A DNA stretch of 5,669 nt from a virus. This document shows, piece after piece, positions 1 to 5,316 of the stretch. Made by a program: the position numbers and the translations under genes. Position 1 is the first letter of the stretch; each line of letters opens with the position of its first letter. Where the stretch lies: the IMG/VR virus record IMGVR_UViG_3300045988_000381, positions 1-5,669 of that record; one strand, written 5' to 3'. The notes beneath the pieces were generated by a model that was not told the DNA's origin, searched no databases, and was given only the letters and a program-made list of their open reading frames with translations.

Positions 1-70
1 ATTTTTTTTCAAGGAGGCGTTTTAGTGATTCTTCGGGCTGGTCTCGTATATTCCATGTTTTGTGCATCAT
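1..70 (-). CDS. Duplicate copy of the 5' part (first 23 codons) of the 75-aa ORF annotated at 5423..5650; an artefact of the circular overlap, not a separate gene
   Basis: ATG at 70..68 corresponds to 5650..5648. The SD AAAGGAA (GG at 81..80) lies 8 nt upstream, in unique sequence 71..90. Confidence 0.6.
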   Translation of the reverse strand, partial: MMHKTWNIRDQPEESLKRLLEKK

Positions 71-89
71 TGTTGTGTTCCTTTCCAGG
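1..89. repeat. Terminal redundancy, copy 1 (identical to 5581..5669); overlap of a circular contig
   Basis: Base-by-base comparison shows 1..89 equals 5581..5669. The repeat falls inside an ORF rather than flanking an element. Confidence 0.95.
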
Positions 90-108
90 TCGGTTGTCAT
101 TCGTTTGA

Positions 109-213
109 TTAGTGCTTGTCGTGTAGCACGTGATAGATCTGGTCCAGTTTTTCCAGGATCTCGCGCATTACTGCAATTGCAGCTTTCAGGTCTTTGATGG
201 TTATTAGTGCCAT
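109..213 (-). CDS. Hypothetical 34-aa protein (MALITIKDLKAAIAVMREILEKLDQIYHVLHDKH), translationally coupled to the peptidase gene
   Basis: Hand translation gives ATG 213..211 and TAA 111..109. A strong SD, AAGGGGG (G-run 225..221), sits 7 nt upstream inside the last peptidase codons. The peptidase stop (218..216) is 2 nt from this ATG. The ORF is below the ORF-track length cutoff, and I recognise no family. Confidence 0.5.
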   Translation of the reverse strand: MALITIKDLKAAIAVMREILEKLDQIYHVLHDKH

Positions 214-215
214 TT

Positions 216-608
216 TTACACCCCCTTTCTGTATGTTTTGGTACGTGTGTCGATGTGTACCCATGTATTGTATACGATTATGCCACATCCAAGTGGAATG
301 ATTTTGTTCAGTTTGTTGGCAATTTCTTTTGCGGTCATGCCTCCAATCCGAATGTCTGCCGCCATTCCTCGCATGTGGTATGAGTACTTTGCACCACCTA
401 CCTCTTTATTCCTTGTCGGCGTCCTGTATCCGCTGTTTATGTATACCGGTTTTCCGACTTGGTTTCTAAGGATATCTAGAATGGATACTAAATAGTCATC
501 GATGAAAACTACTTGCGAACCGTCTTTGCACGCAAATTCTCGTACTTTGAAGTGCTGCCCTACTTTTTCATTTGCGTCTGTATCCATGATATAGCATTTG
601 ATCGCCAT
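216..608 (-). CDS. Zinc D-Ala-D-Ala carboxypeptidase-fold peptidoglycan hydrolase, Peptidase_M15_3-like (probable endolysin), 130 aa
   Basis: Signature SGYRTPTRNKEVGGAKYSYHMRGMAADI followed by WVHIDTR, matching the M15 H-x6-D ... H-x-D metal-ligand pattern (H78, D85, H118). SD GAGAGG (622..617) lies 8 nt before the ATG. There is no N-terminal signal peptide or transmembrane segment. Confidence 0.85.
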   Translation of the reverse strand: MAIKCYIMDTDANEKVGQHFKVREFACKDGSQVVFIDDYLVSILDILRNQVGKPVYINSGYRTPTRNKEVGGAKYSYHMRGMAADIRIGGMTAKEIANKLNKIIPLGCGIIVYNTWVHIDTRTKTYRKGV

Positions 609-632
609 GATGTTTACCTCTCTTCGTTTCGT

Positions 633-661
633 ATTTTACCATTTTTTTAATTGCTTGTCAA
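633..661 (-). promoter_or_regulatory. Near-consensus sigma70/sigmaA promoter with extended -10, driving the peptidase gene and probably the whole genome transcript
   Basis: The minus strand reads TTGACA (661..656), a 17-nt spacer AGCAATTAAAAAAATGG (655..639), then TAAAAT (638..633). TGG immediately before the -10 gives the TGn extended -10. An A-rich UP-like tract CAAACCAAAAAACAA lies just upstream (676..662). The predicted start is near 625..628, leaving a leader of about 18 nt that contains the SD. Confidence 0.7.
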
Positions 662-752
662 TTGTTTTTTGGTTTGAATGGCGCTTTAGCGCCTTGCCGT
701 ATGGAGCGTAGCGGAATTCGGCTTAATCCATTCCTTTTTAGCGCTGTGCGCG

Positions 753-791
753 TTTTCAACACTTTCAACACTTTCAACAGGTTTTCAACAA
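753..791. repeat. Iteron cluster A: four copies of TTTCAACA (TGTTGAAA on the coding strand)
   Basis: Exact octamers start at 754, 763, 772 and 783, with spacing 9, 9 and 11 nt. Segment 761..791 is identical to 825..855. Confidence 0.9.
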
Positions 792-824
792 AATGTTGCA
801 CAATGATTTTCGTCATTTTGACGG

Positions 825-866
825 ACTTTCAACACTTTCAACAGGTTTTCAACAATTTTTTCAACG
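825..866. repeat. Iteron cluster B: three copies of TTTCAACA plus one TTTCAACG
   Basis: Octamers start at 827, 836, 847 and 859, with spacing 9, 11 and 12 nt. Segment 825..855 is a perfect 31-bp copy of 761..791, offset by 64 nt. Confidence 0.9.
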
Positions 867-962
867 CTGTTTTTTGCTTGTTTTTAACGTATTATCTTTA
901 TAAATTTATATTTTTTAACTTTTCCACGTACTCTACTACTACGTCTACAACAAGTTAATATA

Positions 963-1008
963 ATATACGCGTGCATGCGTGCGCGTTACGTGCGCGCGTG
1001 CGCGCGTA
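963..1008. repeat. CG-rich alternating purine-pyrimidine tract (24 + 22 nt, one phase shift at T986/T987) with three copies of CGTGCGCG; Z-DNA-prone and hairpin-forming
   Basis: Perfect Pu-Py alternation over 963..986 and Py-Pu over 987..1008. CGTGCGCG occurs at 978..985, 989..996 and 997..1004. Positions 966..985 pair with 989..1008 (16 Watson-Crick pairs plus 4 G.T). Confidence 0.8.
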
Positions 1009-1012
1009 GAGT

Positions 1013-1046
1013 CTAGCCCAGTCCTACTTGATAGGTACTGGGCTAG
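1013..1046. other. Stable stem-loop 10 nt downstream of the VP4 stop (14 bp, one bulge, 5-nt loop); candidate replication or priming signal, or a transcript 3' end structure
   Basis: CTAGCCCAGT (1013..1022) pairs with ACTGGGCTAG (1037..1046). The inner CCTA (1023..1026) pairs with TAGG (1032..1035). T1036 is bulged and the loop is CTTGA (1027..1031). Confidence 0.75.
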
Positions 1047-1055
1047 GTGACACCA

Positions 1056-2075
1056 TTAGAGTGTTCCTTTCTTCTTCGTTTGCTTCTTGATCACCCTTTC
1101 TTTTGTCTTGCATTGCTCTGCAAAGTCTGCATTTTCATACTTTAGCCGGCTTTCTGCTATGGCTGCTGTTTGTCTGTTTTGTTTGATTCTCCATAGCCTT
1201 TGTGGGTTTTCGGTTTCCATCATTTTTTCATAATAACGTGGAATTTGTGCGTGTTTTCCGTTTGTACATTGGATGTATCCTTGTCTCCATATTTTTTCTT
1301 TGTGCTCTTGGTAATAGTGGTCTCCCAGTCCTGGTTTCAGGCTCATACATGCGAACGGCTTTTGTTGGCCTAGTTCGTAGTATTGGTTTGCTTTCTTTCC
1401 GTCTATTTCGTACATTTTTTTCGTGACGTATCCCGCAACATATCTGTATGTTTCTGGTACTGCTTGTGCTATCTGTATTTGACCCATGCCCCATAGATCT
1501 GTTAGCCATTTACTTTTGAAGTATCCGTTGTGTTGTATCTTGTACAGGTGTTTCAGGTCTGTTGGTTTCCATCCATACAATATCATGTGGTAGTGCGGTC
1601 TCGCTGTCTGTTCTCCATACTCTCCCGCTATAAAATAGCGTAATTTGCCCCTGTAAGCCTTTCTGAGACGTTTTAGGAACTTTTGAACGTCAGTATATAG
1701 TAACGTTTGTACGCTTTCAGGCGTTTTTTCTCCCGGCTTCCAGACGTATTGCACTTTTCGCATGAGTTCACCTGTTTTGATGATCATACCTGGTACATGG
1801 TCATCATCATACGTTAGCGTTATAAACCATACTTCTTCTTCTGGATAGTCTCGTGCTTCTAATTCTATACGTGTTGCCCAGTCCTCTCTTTGTCTTATTC
1901 TGCATCCGATGCACTGCCCGCATGGTATCAACATTACATCTTTTCGAAACATTAGGTCTTCATATTTTACCTGTCTTCCCGCTAACTGAGAATAGCGGGA
2001 GAGTGAATACACCCTCCCGCTAATGTCTTTGTCGTTAGGGTTGTACAGCCGTATTAACGGTTTGTAACAACTCAT
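1056..2075 (-). CDS. VP4: Replication initiator protein VP4 (HUH rolling-circle endonuclease, phiX174 gpA-like), 339 aa
   Basis: Motifs present are FITLTY, the HUH motif [10 protein letters not shown], and the double-tyrosine motif YVAGYVTKK (as I recall it, phiX174 gpA has YVAKYVNK). The Cys cluster CGQCIGCR is typical of gokushovirus VP4. The ATGA overlap with the VP2 stop spans 2075..2072. Confidence 0.93.
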   Translation of the reverse strand: MSCYKPLIRLYNPNDKDISGRVYSLSRYSQLAGRQVKYEDLMFRKDVMLIPCGQCIGCRIRQREDWATRIELEARDYPEEEVWFITLTYDDDHVPGMIIKTGELMRKVQYVWKPGEKTPESVQTLLYTDVQKFLKRLRKAYRGKLRYFIAGEYGEQTARPHYHMILYGWKPTDLKHLYKIQHNGYFKSKWLTDLWGMGQIQIAQAVPETYRYVAGYVTKKMYEIDGKKANQYYELGQQKPFACMSLKPGLGDHYYQEHKEKIWRQGYIQCTNGKHAQIPRYYEKMMETENPQRLWRIKQNRQTAAIAESRLKYENADFAEQCKTKERVIKKQTKKKGTL

Positions 2076-2965
2076 TTCAGATAGTCACCCGGCTTTCTCT
2101 TTTCTCCATATGATCCTGTTTTGTCTTGTGGTTTCATTTCTCGGCTTTCTCCTGTTTTTGGCTTGTTTCTTCCAGCGCCTCCGGCCGCTCCCGGCACTGT
2201 GTCTTCTGTCTTTTGCATTTGCTTGTATGTTTTGAGTAAATCTTCTGTTAGTTGTTTTGGGCTGCTGTAGCTTGTGCTCATTTGGCTTCCCACGGCTTCA
2301 GCGAGTTGATACCATTGGCTTTGGCTTTCTGATTTGCTGTAATAGCTGTTTGGTACGTTGCCTGACATTGTTGACACGCCCAGTGCACTTGCTGATGGCA
2401 TTCCCATGCTTGCACCTGTAATGGTTGCGCCTGCTCCGCCCGGCGTGCTTGCTCCACCTTGTGCGTATGCTAGGATAGGGTTTAAGCCTGCTTTTTTCAT
2501 GTCTTCTACAGCTCTTTGATAGCTTGTGTTGCTCATGCGCTCTTGGAACTGCCTGTTTGCTAGCGCTTCTGCGCTGTTGTAGTTCATTGCCGCATTTTGC
2601 TCGATATGGTTATAAATGCCCTGCTGGATTGCTCCTAACGTATTATAACCCATCTGGAGTAACATATTTTGGCGGTTTGTTTTGCTCTGGAAGTCGTTTT
2701 GACCGCCTTGCCAATTATAGAATTGTTTTAGGTATTCTTGAATCTGCTGGTCATTAGTTCCACCTTCGCTACTGCTGCTGCTTTGTCCTCCCCCTTGGCT
2801 TTGGCTTTGGTTGAACCCTTGGCTTTGGCTTTGGCTTTGCTGTCCGTATAGTCCTTGAAGGCCTTTTCCTGCTAAGGTCATTGCTCCTGTGATCAGTTGC
2901 GGATTTGCTGCTGCCCATTGTAAGCCTTTTGCAGCTATTCCGCCGATTGTTGATAGTACTCCCAT
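2072..2965 (-). CDS. VP2: Minor capsid / DNA pilot protein VP2, 297 aa
   Basis: Contains the gokushovirus VP2 motif [20 protein letters not shown]. The N-terminus is Gly/Ala-rich, followed by an SQ low-complexity linker. The gene sits between VP1 and VP4. Confidence 0.85.
   Translation of the reverse strand: MGVLSTIGGIAAKGLQWAAANPQLITGAMTLAGKGLQGLYGQQSQSQSQGFNQSQSQGGGQSSSSSEGGTNDQQIQEYLKQFYNWQGGQNDFQSKTNRQNMLLQMGYNTLGAIQQGIYNHIEQNAAMNYNSAEALANRQFQERMSNTSYQRAVEDMKKAGLNPILAYAQGGASTPGGAGATITGASMGMPSASALGVSTMSGNVPNSYYSKSESQSQWYQLAEAVGSQMSTSYSSPKQLTEDLLKTYKQMQKTEDTVPGAAGGAGRNKPKTGESREMKPQDKTGSYGEKRKPGDYLK
2792..2840 (-). repeat. Tandem GGCTTT hexamers and a 19-nt direct repeat inside VP2, encoding the (SQ)n/Gly/Ser low-complexity segment
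   Basis: CCCTTGGCTTTGGCTTTGG occurs at 2792..2810 and again at 2816..2834, a 24-nt (8-codon) period. It translates to [18 protein letters not shown] (VP2 residues about 43-60). Confidence 0.85.
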
Positions 2966-2993
2966 TTTAAAATAGGCCGGATTTCTCCGGCCT
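2966..2993 (-). terminator. Probable leaky intrinsic terminator between VP1 and VP2
   Basis: The coding strand reads AGGCCGGA-GAAA-TCCGGCCT (stem 2993..2986 / 2981..2974, 8 bp, GNRA loop), followed by ATTTTAAAA. The U-run is only 4 nt, so partial termination is expected. Confidence 0.55.
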
Positions 2994-2994
2994 T

Positions 2995-3000
2995 CCTCCT
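2995..3000 (-). promoter_or_regulatory. Shine-Dalgarno AGGAGG for VP2, located 5' of the terminator hairpin
   Basis: This is the only SD-like sequence upstream of the VP2 ATG (2965). It is 29 nt away in linear sequence but 9 nt away if the 20-nt hairpin 2974..2993 is folded. Confidence 0.5.
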
Positions 3001-3003
3001 TTC

Positions 3004-4671
3004 TTACAGTTTATACAGCCCAGGTACGCTGTACAACGGCATGCAGCGTGTGGTTTTGTTCGCCACGCGGATTGCTCCGAAGAATTGCGGCTCGTTCTGT
3101 ACGATGAGTGTTCTTGCGATTTCGGTTTTTTCTTCTGTCATCCATTCCTGAGACAGTGTTGGTACGGTTTTGTAGTTGTCTGCATAGTGCCAGAAGTCCA
3201 ACGTGCCTGTTGCGTTGCTTCTCATGAGGCCGCTTACTCGGTTGGGCTTCATTCGGTAATCGGCCCATGCTTCCTGATAGCCAAATGTCTCTTCGTCACT
3301 TGACGTGCCAGTTAGCATGATTTCCTTTTTCTTTACCGGCTGTTCGCCGAGGTTTGCAAACTGTGGTACGTAGTAGTCCAGACGGTCTATTCTGCTCCAG
3401 AATCGTTCAAGGCCTTGCTGGTACGTTCTGCTGTGACGTACGCACATGACGCCAATAACAAATCCGTGTTCTTCAAAGCTCTTCGTGAAGGAGCTTTCGT
3501 TGATAGGTGTTACGGACATTGCGCCGGTTTCACCAATTGGCGTATCGTTTGCACTCTGCTGTCCGCTTGTCTGCACGATCTGGTTCATTCCAACTCGATA
3601 TCGTCCACCGCCCAGGTATTCCGGAATCTGTACCGTTTTGTCGCTGATGGTTACATTCCACAGTGTCTGTACCTGTTCACGGTATCTACTGCCGCCTCGT
3701 GCCATTGCTTCATAGTACTGCTGCACTGCAATTGCGTTTCGCAATTCGTTGATGGTTGCTGCTGTGATGCTTCCAAGGTCTGTTCCGAGATATGCCGTTT
3801 CGGTGCTTTGAAGCGAGGTGCTCGATACTATTGCCGGTCTTTTTCCGGCTGTTTCTACCGTATTGTAAATTTCTCCGTTCTGGTACAGTTTGATTGTGTC
3901 TGCTCCAGCCTTTTCTTGGGTCAGTCCGATATCTTCATACAGTTTTACTGCCGCATTGCCTTGCATTGGTAGTGCCACTTCCGGCCCTCGCTGAGGATAA
4001 GGCAAACAGCTCGAAAAGTAGTCGTGGAAACGGTTCACAGGCAGGCAAAAGCCTCCTTTGATTGCGTTTTTCAGAATCGTTTCTAGGCTTACCCCTTCTT
4101 CTGACCCTCCTGTTCCTCCTCCTACCGCAAACTCTTGGTTTGCGCTTTTTGTTTCTAACACTGCTTCATTTTCTACGTTTTGATCTCTGAAAAATTCGTT
4201 CCAGATCTTTACGTATGCTCTTACTGGCAATGCGTTGACGCTGAATGTTCCTTTAACTTTTGTCGGAATTCCCATGTAGTCCAGTATTGTTCGTTCGTAC
4301 GGTTTTGGCTGTTCGTTTGTTCCTTTGATTACGATTTGCGGTACACTGTACGTTGTTGTGGGCATCCATGGCTTATTATCCACTTCCCCCATGAACCGTT
4401 TGAAGTCGTCCCACAGGATACGGTTTGGACAATAGAAGTAGTAGAAATCGATGAAAGCGTCATCCATCACCGGATATTTCGGTGTGGTCATGCGGATGAT
4501 TGCACTCGTATCGATTTGGAATGTGTCTCCCGGCAACACCTCGTCTACAAAGAACGGAATAAGTTTGCCGCTGTCGAATGTGGTCAGAATTGTCTGATCA
4601 CGGTTGAATCGTGTTCGGCTTGTGTGCATCTGCGGCACTTGCAAGAAGTGTCTTTCATTGTTTCTATTCAT
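3004..4671 (-). CDS. VP1: Major capsid protein VP1 (Microviridae F-like capsid protein), 555 aa
   Basis: The N-terminal region [12 protein letters not shown] ... [24 protein letters not shown] matches the conserved microvirus capsid pattern. The size is typical of gokushovirus VP1. SD AAAGGAGTG lies upstream, and the ATGA overlap with the VP3 stop spans 4671..4668. Confidence 0.95.
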   Translation of the reverse strand: MNRNNERHFLQVPQMHTSRTRFNRDQTILTTFDSGKLIPFFVDEVLPGDTFQIDTSAIIRMTTPKYPVMDDAFIDFYYFYCPNRILWDDFKRFMGEVDNKPWMPTTTYSVPQIVIKGTNEQPKPYERTILDYMGIPTKVKGTFSVNALPVRAYVKIWNEFFRDQNVENEAVLETKSANQEFAVGGGTGGSEEGVSLETILKNAIKGGFCLPVNRFHDYFSSCLPYPQRGPEVALPMQGNAAVKLYEDIGLTQEKAGADTIKLYQNGEIYNTVETAGKRPAIVSSTSLQSTETAYLGTDLGSITAATINELRNAIAVQQYYEAMARGGSRYREQVQTLWNVTISDKTVQIPEYLGGGRYRVGMNQIVQTSGQQSANDTPIGETGAMSVTPINESSFTKSFEEHGFVIGVMCVRHSRTYQQGLERFWSRIDRLDYYVPQFANLGEQPVKKKEIMLTGTSSDEETFGYQEAWADYRMKPNRVSGLMRSNATGTLDFWHYADNYKTVPTLSQEWMTEEKTEIARTLIVQNEPQFFGAIRVANKTTRCMPLYSVPGLYKL

Positions 4672-5066
4672 TCTGCTGTTTCACTCCTTTCTGCTGGTTT
4701 TTCTTCCTGTACTTTGCTCTGTTCTTCCAGCTTTTTGAGCTTCATTGCGTTTACCTGTGCGGTCGCTACCATCTGATGATATTCATGGATGTTCTGCGGC
4801 CATTCGGTCGTGTCCATTTCTACGCCATCCATAGCGCCTTGCGACAGGCTTTTCAGGAATTCCGGGTCGAAACTTGCCTTCCGGACAATGTTTTTGATGT
4901 CGCATTCGTCCGAATAGCTTTCAATTTCCTGCTGGATGTCGATTGGTTCGGTTTCCTGCAGTACTTCCTGGTCTTTTTCGTTCTTCGTCCAGACGTATTG
5001 CCTTCGTTTCTTTTCGCCTGGATTCGAAAAAAAGGGCTCTCGCCCTTTTTCGTATCGTTTATTCAT
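4668..5066 (-). CDS. VP3: Internal scaffolding protein VP3, 132 aa from ATG 5066
   Basis: The conserved scaffold motif SDECDIKNIVRKA is present and the gene lies immediately upstream of VP1. The ORF-track start at 5171 is a TTG codon with no SD and a 113-nt overlap with the upstream gene. ATG 5066..5064 has the SD GGGAGGG (5081..5075) and overlaps the upstream stop as ATGAATAA. Confidence 0.8.
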   Translation of the reverse strand: MNKRYEKGREPFFSNPGEKKRRQYVWTKNEKDQEVLQETEPIDIQQEIESYSDECDIKNIVRKASFDPEFLKSLSQGAMDGVEMDTTEWPQNIHEYHQMVATAQVNAMKLKKLEEQSKVQEEKPAERSETAE

Positions 5067-5298
5067 TTGGTCTGCCCTCCCATACCTTTTCGGTATCGTT
5101 TGTGAACGTTCCAAGCTCGTCTTCGAACGTTGCCAGCTTAAAGCCGGTGTAATCCTCAGGACTCTGCCCAATGAACGTTGCCTTGTCCTTTGCCATCACG
5201 TTGCACATGCGTGCAAAGGTTTCGTTGTTTTTGCTTTCGCCTACCCATGCGTAGCATTTTGCTACGTTGTCCCATACGCCATAGTATTCATGTTTCAT
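5059..5298 (-). CDS. Small non-structural protein, 79 aa, in the position of gokushovirus ORF5/VP5
   Basis: SD AAAGGGA lies 8 nt upstream of ATG 5298. The N-terminal pattern YGVWDNVAKCYAWV...NNETFARM resembles the small protein found between VP4 and VP3 in gokushoviruses. That similarity is from memory and was not searched. Confidence 0.55.
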   Translation of the reverse strand: MKHEYYGVWDNVAKCYAWVGESKNNETFARMCNVMAKDKATFIGQSPEDYTGFKLATFEDELGTFTNDTEKVWEGRPNE

Positions 5299-5316
5299 TA
5301 TATCCGTCCCTTTCTT

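Noticed and set aside
1-89. The 89-nt direct terminal repeat as a biological DTR, att site or transposon end
   Set aside because: The repeat lies inside an ORF that is only complete when the ends are joined, and no flanking host sequence exists. It is most simply the overlap of a circular assembly.
238-495. + strand 85-aa ORF antisense to the peptidase, with hydrophobic stretches that could pass for a holin
   Set aside because: It starts at a TTG with no SD. Its hydrophobicity is the generic product of translating the T-rich strand, and it is entirely antisense to a conserved-motif gene. It would only be worth revisiting if strand-specific RNA or ribosome data showed expression.
680-693. GGCGC-TTTA-GCGCC hairpin as a terminator insulating the promoter
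   Set aside because: The stem is only 5 bp and no U-run follows on either strand. It is noted as part of the control region, but there is no support for terminator function.
753-866. The repeat array as a CRISPR locus
   Set aside because: The repeat units are 8-9 nt and directly abutting, with no spacers of CRISPR size, and there are only two short clusters. This is an iteron-type array, not CRISPR.
925-944. Short ACGTA/TACGT inverted repeat and a (TAC)3 run in the AT-rich part of the control region
   Set aside because: The stem is 5 bp with a 10-nt loop, and the trinucleotide run has only three units. Both are within chance expectation.
662-958. + strand 98-aa ORF covering the non-coding region
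   Set aside because: It has a TTG start and its sequence is dictated by the iterons (NTFNTFNRF, FQHFQQVFNNFF) and by AT-rich low complexity. It lies on the opposite strand to every gene and has no SD.
959-964. Perfect TATAAT on the + strand just upstream of the CG-rich hairpin, suggesting an antisense structured small RNA
   Set aside because: No acceptable -35 is present at 16-18 nt (CTACTA/TACTAC) and there is no TGn. TATAAT is expected by chance in an AT-rich tract. It is kept only as a possibility that strand-specific RNA-seq could test.
1013-1046. The 14-bp hairpin after VP4 as a canonical rho-independent terminator
   Set aside because: On the coding strand it is followed by ACTCTACGCGCGC, which has no U-tract. 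It may still stabilise or define a 3' end, but it does not fit the intrinsic terminator model.
1228-1509. Same-strand 93-aa Arg/Lys-rich ORF in an alternative frame inside VP4, a possible overprinted gene as in phiX174 A/B/K
   Set aside because: There is no SD upstream of ATG 1509 (the upstream sequence is CAAAAGTAA). The basic composition is what an A/G-rich coding strand yields out of frame. This cannot be excluded without conservation data. The + strand ORFs 1202..1426 and 2524..2757 are rejected as antisense artefacts.
3011-3268. Same-strand 85-aa basic ORF in an alternative frame inside the VP1 3' end
   Set aside because: The only SD-like AGGAAG is 1 nt from the ATG, which is too close. 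The product is a low-complexity Arg/Asn/Lys-rich sequence. The + strand ORF 3085..3303 is likewise antisense.
5067-5171. N-terminal extension of VP3 to the ORF-track start at 5171 (167 aa)
   Set aside because: Codon 5171..5169 is TTG, not ATG, and has no SD. It would overlap the 79-aa gene by 113 nt. The internal ATG 5066 has the SD GGGAGGG and a typical ATGAATAA stop/start overlap.
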